This document shows, one piece after another, positions 53,101-64,000 of a stretch of DNA of 64,000 nucleotides. This DNA is from Octopus vulgaris (Eukaryota): NCBI GenBank assembly GCA_951406725.2, contig OX597815.1:156364001-156428000 (forward strand). Direction: 5' to 3'. Position 1 is the first letter of the stretch; the number at the start of each line of letters is the position of its first letter. Below the pieces are notes generated by a model that was not told the origin of the DNA, ran no database searches, and worked only from the letters and a program-made list of their open reading frames with translations. The position numbers and the translations under genes were made by a program.

Positions 53101-54129
53101 GTACATTACAAGTTTAATCTGAGAGTGTGACAATAAAAATATACAAGACTTTTCTGAAGTTCCAAATTTTAATTTGTCTGTGTTAACTACAACCCAAAGA
53201 TGGAGCCTTGTATCTTTGTTGGAAACCAGCTCCCTCCTCAGGAAAAGATTTATAATAATTTTTAAGAATAGAAGAGACATACATACATACCCAAACACAT
53301 ACGCACGCACACACACACGCACACACGCACACTCATACAGGTGCGTGTACGGAAATAAATTGCAATTGAGTATTATTTCGTACAGCATTCACCATATTCA
53401 TTATTCTTTTCGCCTACAACTCGTGTAGCCCCGAGCAGATACTATCGTGATTCTCCTACCTTTGCCCCCCGCGGAAGATCTAAGGAAGGACAGCTGAAGG
53501 GCGTACAGGTGTCACCCCAGTACTGCTTAATCGACACTTAAAGGATGAAAGACAAAATTCGCAACATCAATGGAATCTTAATTCAGAACGTAAAAAGTCA
53601 TATCAAATAACGCATGACAGTTCTTAAAAAGACGATGTAAAGTAAAAACATTCCAGTCACGACTGACCATTCCACATAATTTTCAAATAAGATGTTGAAG
53701 ACTACGTCATCAAACATCTCCCATCATTTCATGAAATAGCCAAGTGTGGTTGGAGAGAAATTAGATTGATATTAATAAGGTGAGCAACCAGACAGTATCT
53801 AACCCGATGGCTTGAAATGTTACTAGCAGACCTGGTATCTTTACCTATCAGCTAGCTGGACTAAGACACGTATCATTGATTATGCTACCCGATAACAACA
53901 GATCATGGACATCAGTGAGCATGTGCAAGTCATGCAACAGAAAACGCATTCGACTATATCCGATACTTATAATTATCAGTCTATAAATACACTAATGTGA
54001 AAATAAAATCTATTAGAGAACTCTTCACTTTCTAAAAATATACTGGATGCTCGAGACACAAATACACGTTAGTCGGTGTATAGTATATAATATATATGCA
54101 CACACATATATATAATATATGTATGTGTA

Positions 54130-54227
<98 letters not shown>

Positions 54228-55186
54228 CTCACACATATATATATGTTTATGTGTGTGTGTGTTTCTCTGCTTCTGTGTCTTTATGAATGTATGCATTTCA
54301 ACATATATTTTCTTATCTGCAGGGAAATTGAGAGCGTACAATTCTGACGAGGTGTAACCGACCGAAACACTTATATATAGTTTTGTCCCTTACTTGCAAT
54401 AAAAATCAAGCTCTACTTTTACGGGCATGTAAACTAACGCGAGAATTTCTTACAGGGAATATATTTTTATGTATAGAAATCAATTTACTGTTTCTGCATG
54501 ATTCACTATGGATAGTTGGAGTATAAAATGTGCTCGTCACGAGGGAGAAATACAAATGTTTAAAAGTTAATTTTTTGTAACAAATTGCAAGGACTTGCAA
54601 CAGCTCGAAACAAAAACGAAGTAGGGGGTATGTTTATTTCGACTAGATAGACTAGTGTTTCTGCGATCCACGTTTTAGATTATAAACACTGATCAGCCTT
54701 AAAGGAACACAGATGCAGTGTTTTTATCTGAAACGAAAGAGGAATATTATACTCTGATTTGTATTGCACTGACTTACTTCTTCGATATCGGTGTTGTTTA
54801 TTTCAAAACATCATATATATGCGTGCACATAGATAAATAAACACACGTATAAACATGCACATATAAATATACACACACACACACATACAAACACACACAT
54901 CGGTAGACAGATAGATAACGAAGCCGAACGCCGGCAAATCTTCGAAGTCACTGGCAATCATTCCTTTGTATAAGTAAATTTGATACTTTCCTTCGATTAA
55001 ATTTTCATTGTTTTATATGAGTGTACATAAAAACAAATATTAATGTTATATGTCAATGATATATAATGTTATGCATCCCCAGTTGCAGGGGAACATGGTA
55101 TTCTTTTGGTTGTCTGTCTAGGTACTCCCTGTCTGTGTATGCGCACCTCTTTAGTTGTTTCTCTTCTAAATGATATACATATGTGA

Positions 55187-55231
<45 letters not shown>

Positions 55232-55317
55232 TAATCCAAACATGAAAACACAACAATGCGAGGATGTGGAACAAGTATAGAATTATTGGACGCTCAGGAA
55301 AGAAGGAAAGAAGGAAG

Positions 55318-55352
55318 GTTTAACGTTTCGAGCGGAGCTCTTCGTCAGAAAC
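55318..55352 (-). ncRNA. Minimal type-I hammerhead ribozyme
   Basis: Minus strand: GUUU (stem I) CUGACGA a GAGC-ucc-GCUC GAAA CG UU AAAC (stem I). Core intact; stem III reduced to the palindrome ACGU. Lies in a roughly 200-bp segment (55228-55430) bracketed by (TA)n. Confidence 0.75.
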
Positions 55353-55429
55353 ACAGGAAAAGGAAAGATCCAAAGAAGGGAAGACGGAGGACAAAAATCG
55401 CCAACGGTACACACGCGGTCACATTTTGA

Positions 55430-55484
<55 letters not shown>

Positions 55485-57606
55485 TTTATTTATTTATTTA
55501 TTTATGGCCATCTTATTACAAGCAAAGATTAACCGACTGACGGCCTCGGAGAAGCAAACACACATGAAATTCCACATATACGTACATACATATGTGTGGG
55601 CGTATATGTATAAGTATGAACAAATTGTGGACTTGGCATGTTGTCGTTCAAACTCAATGCAATTAACTGCTTAGAAGCTAATTCCCCCTTCAGTCACACC
55701 ACATCCTTTTAAAATTGGTAAAGTCATATTAGATGATGTCGTCCTACAAACCACACAGGCAAAAGGCTAAATCTGTCTGTGATCATACATCTGCTCGATG
55801 ATGGTTAACCTGAGGCTAAATAGCAGCAATAACATGAACGTTACCCCTTACATATATGTTTATATATGATAAAGCAATTGTTTTAAAGTGTATTTAAGAA
55901 TAACAACGAAATATTTACTGACAGGAAACGCGACTGAAAGACAAAATTGCAAATTCGTTTCGACTAAGACTTAAAATTTCGCCTAACGGTTAAAATAGTA
56001 ATCACACTCATACACACACGCACACACGCACACACACACACACAAACAAACACATATACATACACACACAGAGCATACACAAATATGTTAATATGGATAC
56101 CATACACTATAATTTTTAGGATCATTAAGAGAGGATACAGTATAGTAATGATTATATTGTATAAATATACAAGATGGATTTTAGTGTGTTTTGGCAGAAA
56201 TGTGTGTGTGTGTGTGTGTGTATCACAAATATTTGTGCCACCACAATGGCTCTCTGTGTATATAATCACCACGTAATTGTCAATTGTTTTATGTAAATAT
56301 GATATCCATTAGCCATTCAAGCACGAAAGAGACGATTTGTCTGGGAATATTTAAACGAAGATATTGAGAAGCGGTGTTAATTCTTTTCTTTTCATTTCTT
56401 TCTTTGGGGTTTTCGGTTGTAATTTTGAAAATTTTGCATCGATGAACTTAAAGATATGCTGTATGCTTAATTTTATCCTGTGGCCTTTCAGTAAAGCTCT
56501 ACTCTTGGGTTGTCGTTCTTTAACTGTAAATCGAAACCCGATGATAATTTTTCATATTTCGAAATTTAGGAAGCCATTTTTTTTCTATTCTTATTGCTTT
56601 CTGGTTGTTTGCAGCATTTCGAATTTTATACTGTTGATTTCGAAGTTTTTTTCATGACTAAATGTGTTCTTAAAAAGTATTTCTATGATTAAGATTGTTA
56701 AGTGTTTTGAAGGAAAACGTTTTTCGTTTGTTTTTTTCCATAAATCGACCACTGAGATGTATTCTCGTTGATTAAAAATAAAATCCTTTCGTTTGTTCCC
56801 TCACATTTTGGAGCACGATGTTTTGTGAGAGGCAAAAAACATAACGGAAGATAGAGCTCTCAGACAACAATTCTGTGAATTACCAAAATTCATGCTTCCA
56901 CTAAAGTAACCAAGAACTCTCAAATCTATAATTTTGTCAGATATCAATAATATCGATTTACCAGTTTGCGTGTCTTTCTCTCTTTTTCCCACTTCTCACT
57001 CTTTATATACATGTGTATGTGTCTGTGTGTCTGTGAGTGTGTGCCATATGCCAGTTATAATTGAAGGATTTAGTAACTAATTAGTTTCTCTAGTACTAGG
57101 GCCCCCGGATATAGCTTTCTCACGAAGAAATAATACAAGATTTTGACTTCTCCGTCCTAAATCTTCTATTAACCTCAACTGCAATAGAAAGAAGCGTAGC
57201 GACAAGATGAACTGTCTAACCACCCCAATCAAGAAATTTAGTTTATATAGGACATTTTGTTAACTTAGCCATCTTTTCGTTTCACCAGCAGGTATTTCAT
57301 CTATTCCAAGAGCCATCAACTTTCTTACTACTATTATTCGTATACGATGAGAAGAAATACAAATATAAAATGGAAGTATTGGACTTTATTCATTCATATT
57401 TATAATAAAAAAAAAAAGAAAAACGGAGCTAGCACAGTTCCTTGGAGCACACTGCTGATAAAATTTGCTAAGCTTCAGTACACACCATTTATAGCAACAT
57501 ATTGGGTTTACATGAGCAGAAAATACAGTATCCAGTTCAGCAATTCGTATGGACAAATATATTGAATAAGATCTTCAAATGAATCTTGAGGACATATTTG
57601 TAAAGT

Positions 57607-57673
<67 letters not shown>

Positions 57674-57883
57674 CATACATACATACATATGTGTGTGTGT
57701 GTGTGTACACCCGGTTTACGGTTCAGTTATTATAAGTTTGATCAACAAAAAAGAAAACAGTCGATCCAGCGAGAGATAAATATCATTTAATGTTCACAGT
57801 ATTTAGATAAGAGCTACTAAGATATATATATATATATATATGCATACATATATGCATGTTTGTGTGAGTGTATATGTGCCTGC

Positions 57884-57921
<38 letters not shown>

Positions 57922-58003
57922 ATGTGTGTGTGTTTGTGTGTCTATGTGTGACTCTGGTGTTTGATGATGCAGACAGGAAAAGAGACCTCGAAACATGTGA
58001 ATG

Positions 58004-58048
<45 letters not shown>

Positions 58049-58829
58049 CATTTTTTTAATAATTGACAGACGATGCAGAGTGACATGAGGGCCGAGAGAT
58101 TTGAGCATTTCACTCACCTCTCGATAAGCGCCCTTGAGTCAGTCTATCACATCTGCCGATTAATAACACACCCACACCGAAATATATAGATACGTGCGCA
58201 CACACACGTTCAAACACACCAAGGTGCTGTACAAATGCATGAATATATTTATACAATGTTATGGATATAAACACTACATGAGACACAATGTGTGAATTCT
58301 CGAACCAGCAAAGAAGCGTTTATTTGGTTTCTCGATTTACACGAAAGAGGGGCCAATGTTCTCCTGTGTTCCTTGTAAATGGAATAAGAAAGCATGATCG
58401 ATCGATTAGAATGATTTTGAAGAGAGGCAGGCTCGACCAAATGCAACCTAGTGCTAAACAACCACGAGAACATTGGTCGCTTCATAAACCTATACATTCA
58501 TGCGTGTGTCTTTTGTCTCATGTTTGATCCTATTAATGATATAAATGTACATATATTTATAATTATATGTTTACATAAGCAAACAGCTAGAGACGCATAC
58601 ATAATCGATGATCATACAAACATGCGCCAACGCATTTTTGCCCGTGTATGTGAGTGTTTCTGTGTGCTTGTTACGTAACTACACTGTCAACGAAAAAATC
58701 TGATATTATATTTACGTGCAAATATATACACAAGCATTATCTCTTGAGAACATTCACACTACGGGCTTAACCAAGTGTTCAGTAATCTACATACCCGATC
58801 AACAGGGACAACAACAACATACTTTAGTG

Positions 58830-59050
58830 TATGGGCATAAAGTCTGAAATTTGTGGGTATGGGGGCAAGTGGATTAGATTGAACCTAGTGCTCAACTGGT
58901 ACTAATTTCATTGATCCCGAAAGGATGAAAGGCAAAGTCGACGTCGGCGAAATTCGAGCCCAGAACACGAAGAGGAATGAAGTACTGTTATGCATTTTAT
59001 CTAGTGTGCTAACGATTCTGCCAGCTCGCCGCCTCAATAACAATAACAAC

Positions 59051-59085
<35 letters not shown>

Positions 59086-59286
59086 TGATCGTTTCTACTA
59101 TAGGCACAAGGCCTGAAATTTTGGGGGAGGTGCTAGTCGATTCACTGGTACTTATTTTATCGACTCTGGAAGGATGAAAGGCAAAGTCACCCTCGGTGGA
59201 ATTTGAAAGCGGAATAAAAGGACGAACGAAATGCCACTTAACATCAGATGGCTCGGCCTTCATAACTATTCTGCCACCTCGCCGCC

Positions 59287-59363
<77 letters not shown>

Positions 59364-59608
59364 CCTTTCTACTATAGGCACACGGCCTGAAATTTGAGGG
59401 AGGGGACTAGCCGAATTCATCGGCACCAGTGTTTCTGTGGTACTTAATTGATCGACCTCGAAAGGATGAAAGGCAAAGTCGACCTCGGCGGAATATGAAC
59501 TCAAAACGTTGTGGCAGACGAAACACCGTTAAGCATTTCGCCCGGCGTGCTAACGATTCTGCCAGCTCGCCGCCTTGAATAATAATGATGATGATGATGA
59601 TGATGATG

Positions 59609-59673
<65 letters not shown>

Positions 59674-59940
59674 TTCGAATTTTGACACAAGGCCAGCATA
59701 TTCGGGGTGGGGTAGGGGTAAGTCGATTACATCTGCCCTAGTGCTTAGCTGGAATTTTTTTATTGACCCCCAAAAGATTGAAAAGTAAGAACGTAAAGTG
59801 ACGGAAGGAATACCATTAAGCATTTTCGCCGACCCTTTAACGAATGTGCCAGCTCAACGCTTTTATGCATTGGTGTTTCCAATTAAGGTACAAAGACAGC
59901 AGTTTTAAGGGCAGGGGTAAAATCGATACCATCGACACCG
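58830..59940 (-). mobile_element. Tandem array of 4-5 SINE family A units separated by (AAT)n
   Basis: Units end CTCGCCGCCT at about 59033, 59287 and 59576, each followed by (AAT)n. Confidence 0.88.
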
Positions 59941-59946
59941 ATATTA

Positions 59947-60001
<55 letters not shown>

Positions 60002-60379
60002 AGGCAGCGGGCTCGCAGTATCTTTTCCGCCTAGCGACATTTCTTCCCAACTTTACATTCTGGGTTTCAATGCCGCCGAGGTCGACTTTGCCTTTCATCC
60101 TTTCCAGCTCTATAAAATAACTACCAGCTGAATACTGTAATCGATGTTGTTGACTTATTTCCTTGCCCGAAATTGCTGCCCTGGTGCCAAAATTTAAAAC
60201 TATTATTGCTAAGGCTAGGCGAGCTGGCGGACTCGTTAACCCGCCGGACAAATTGCTTAGCGGCATTTCTTCTATCCGTATGTTCTGAGTTCCAATTCCG
60301 CCGCGGTCACCTTCGCCTTTCATCCTTTCGGGATCGATAAATTAAGTATCAGTGAAACACTTAGTAGCATTGTTATTAC

Positions 60380-60428
<49 letters not shown>

Positions 60429-60450
60429 GTTGTTGTTGTTGTTGTTGTTG

Positions 60451-60520
<70 letters not shown>

Positions 60521-60996
60521 CATTATTATCATTATGAATTATTGTTATTGTCGTTGTTGTTGTTGTTGTTGTTATTATTATTATTATCATTATTATTTTA
60601 TTTCAGGCGGCGAGCTGGCAGAAACGTTAGCACGACGGGCGAAATGCCTAGCGGTATTTCGTCTGCCGTTACGTTCTGAGTTCAAATTCCGCCGAGGTCG
60701 ACTTTGCCTTTCATCCTTTCGGGGTCGATTAAATAAGTACCAGTTACGCACTGGGGTCGATGTTATCGACTTAATCCGTCTGTCTGTCCTTGTCTGTCCT
60801 CTCTGTGTTTAGCCCCTTGTGGGTAGTAAAGAAATAGGTATTTCGCCAGTCGCTACGATCTGAGTTCAAATTCGAGGTCGAATTTGCCTTTCATCCTACG
60901 GGGTCGATAAATTAAATACCCGTTGTGTACTGAGGTCAATCTGATCGACTAGCCCACTCACCCCAAATTTCAAGCCTTGTGCCTATTGTAGAAAAG

Positions 60997-60998
<2 letters not shown>
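60002..60998 (+). mobile_element. Tandem array of about 4 SINE family A units separated by (ATT)n
   Basis: Heads at about 60003, 60217 and 60606; headless unit from about 60837 ends GTAGAAAAG(ATT)n. Confidence 0.88.
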
Positions 60999-61064
<66 letters not shown>

Positions 61065-61301
61065 CATTATATCTTTTGCTTTCTTCAGGAGTATCAAATG
61101 AGGTTGGGTTATTATAATTGTCAAATATAAATTTTGGCATTTCCTGAGAGTAGACTTTTCAAAATTGCCTCTATAAATCTTGAGTATTTCACAACGTATC
61201 ACACTATGTATGCAGATAGATCTACACCATAAAGGGCGCGCACTTATGTAACATACGCATACACATACAAATGTCTGCGTGTGTGTGTGCGTGAGTGTGC
61301 G

Positions 61302-61347
<46 letters not shown>

Positions 61348-61754
61348 CGTGCCTGTGTGTTTGTCTTCCTGTGTGGTGTGAACCAGCCAAGAAATTCTAA
61401 TTAAAGTGAATATAAGAAATTGTGACGTAAATGTATTGCCCTCAAGTATTACAAATGCAGACCGATGGCGTATCGAGAATTGAACCTGACACTACTATCT
61501 TATCTCTTTCTCACTTCTCTCTTCTCTTTCTCTCTGTCACTCATGCACACACAGACACACACACACACACACATATACACAAGCACACACGTACATTTGA
61601 GAGCTTGTCATCGAAACAAAAGAGAGGTCATTGTTTATTGAATATTATATCAGAAACATGTCATAAGAAAATTAAACTTCTTTCCACTTAAATTTACTCC
61701 ACTCTTTCATATGTACGTATGATGAATGCATGTACGTATATATATATATAAATA

Positions 61755-61913
61755 GGCGTAGGAGTGGCTGCGTGGTAAGTAGCTTGCTTACCAGCCACAT
61801 GGTTCCGGGTTCAGTGTGTCACTGCGTGGCACCTTGGGCAAGTGTCTCCTACTATAACCTCGGGCCAACCCAAGCCTTGTGAGGGGATTTGGTAAACGGA
61901 AACTGAAAGAACC

Positions 61914-61945
<32 letters not shown>

Positions 61946-62083
61946 ATGTGTGCGTGTGTGTGTATGTATGTATGTATGTGTGGGTGTGTGTGTGTCTATG
62001 TTAGTACCCCCAACATCGCTTGACAACCGATGCTGGTGTGTTTACGTCCCCGCAACTTAGCGGTTCGGGAAGAGAGACTGATA
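61755..62083 (+). mobile_element. SINE family B, 3'-truncated
   Basis: Colinear with 33353-33650; stops at GAGACTGATA. Confidence 0.9.
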
Positions 62084-62204
62084 TATATAGACAAACATAC
62101 ACTATACATGCATGCAACATATTCATATATATATATGTACACACACACATATATATATAAACAGATATTTATACATGCATACGGCATATACATACATATA
62201 CACT

Positions 62205-62237
<33 letters not shown>

Positions 62238-62776
62238 GTACATAGACACACACATATATTTATATATATATGTATATATATACACACGGATATACATACA
62301 CACATACAAACAAACATACATACATATATACATACTTTCATACATACATACATACATACATACATACATACATACATACATACATACATACATACATACA
62401 TACATACCTTCAGGCATACAGGCATGCATATATGCGTTTATACATACGTACAGAAAATCAGTCAGACAAACAGGCAGATAAATAATCAAGTAGGGTGGGT
62501 GATGACATGTCAAGAATAATGAAGCACCGGGTTACATGTATGTATTGTGACGTATTTAACCAGCAAGTTACCATGAAGTAATACCAGAGTAATTAATTCT
62601 TCAGTACCCCTTGTATATGCACGTAACCCTCTTACAAGTGTTTGCCGTCATGAATTTTAAAATTTTACGTATGCCTTCATATATATTAGTATATATATAT
62701 ATATATATGTAATGTGTCTAATTTATGATTGCTTTAAATTTAGTCCATATAATGAACGCCACTTGTAAGCTTACGT

Positions 62777-62859
<83 letters not shown>

Positions 62860-63439
62860 TGTGTGTGTGTGTGTGTGTGTGTGTTTGTATATATATATGG
62901 TATGTATGTATGTATGTATGTGTTTATGTGTTTATATTTTATATATGTAAGAACATATACATGACATCATATATGTGTGTGTGTATAACATTCGTCTTTG
63001 GAAATATCTACACAAGTATTCTTCACGTACATCGACACAGACACAAACACACAGACACACACAGATACACACACACACACACACTCAAACACATTGTTAG
63101 AATGCATATAATACACATACTTCTGTAACGTGTTTACATAGTCGATTAATTATTACAGCATGATCGAATGAATACGGCAAGGTGAACGGGAGAAAAATTA
63201 GACATGTATATATATGTACGCATGTATGTATGTATGTAGGTATGTATGTATGTATGCATGTATGTATGCATGCATGTATGTACGTATGTTCGTACGTACA
63301 TACTTATGTATGTATGTATGTGTGTGTATGTATGTATGTATATGTATGTGTTTATGTGTGCTGTTTATTATTTCAAAGAAACATTCAGTTGAGGTAGTCA
63401 GGTTCTTTATACACCAACGCGTACGTACACACACACACA

Positions 63440-63477
<38 letters not shown>

Positions 63478-63805
63478 CACTTACACACACGCACTCAGAC
63501 ATAAATATATATATATAGCTGATACACAATACAACCCCCATCATCTTCTTAAGATGGTCACTTCAAACACAAATACAATGATAACAAGAGATGGTGTGTG
63601 GTACTTACATTCACGTCGATAGATTGTCTATCTGGTTATATTTTATGCTGTTAATGGAACGTAAATCTCGACTTCTCAGAGAAACGGACAGTAAAATTAT
63701 TGTATCGGTAAACATAATAGATAGGTACACTCCAAAGTTACGAACGCGCACTGAATATTGTTAGCCGTATGTATCGGCGGTGACTCTGGCGGTAATGGTA
63801 ACGCT

Positions 63806-64000
63806 GGTGGTGGTGGTGGTAGTAGTGGTGGTGGTGGTAGTGGTGGTAGTGGTGGTGGTGGTGGCGGTGGTAGTGGTGGTGAAGGTGGGTGGTGGTGGTG
63901 GTGGTGGTGGTGGTGGTGATGGTGGTGGTGGTGGTGGTGGTGGTGGTGGTGGGTGGTGGGTGATTGTGGTGGTGGTGGTGGTGGTGGTGGTGGTGATGGT
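63806..64000. repeat. (GGT)n microsatellite running off the window
   Basis: Direct reading. Confidence 0.95.

Noticed and set aside
58112-58155. Minus-strand AG|GTGAGT donor with a possible 35-nt exon
   Set aside because: The acceptor lacks a polypyrimidine tract and there is no other support.

Overview
AT-rich, repeat-saturated eukaryotic intergenic or intronic DNA. The SINE families and the microsatellite load strongly suggest an octopus (coleoid cephalopod) genome; this is inferred from recalled repeat families, not from a search. No host protein-coding gene can be supported, and almost all ORFs in the track are microsatellite or SINE artefacts. Supported content: (i) at least four tRNA-derived SINE families, including two dense SINE arrays with an internal strand switch; (ii) LINE relics (three CR1-type 3' ends, an R4/Dong-type restriction-like-endonuclease C-terminus, a Penelope-like RT-thumb/GIY-YIG relic); (iii) DNA-transposon relics (mariner MITE, Tc1/mariner transposase fragment, hAT/Charlie-like element, a 256-bp palindromic MITE); (iv) many simple repeats. 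The most notable signal is a set of minimal type-I hammerhead ribozyme (HHR) motifs on both strands. Five have an intact CUGANGA...GAAA...UH core, one has a single core change, and several are decayed. They sit in AT-rich repeats with the inverted pseudo-LTR architecture of Penelope-like elements, including a near-perfect 164-bp-arm fold-back with one HHR per strand. HHRs in Penelope-like elements are a known class; their diversity and arrangement here merit follow-up. Coordinates were counted by eye and repeat boundaries are approximate.
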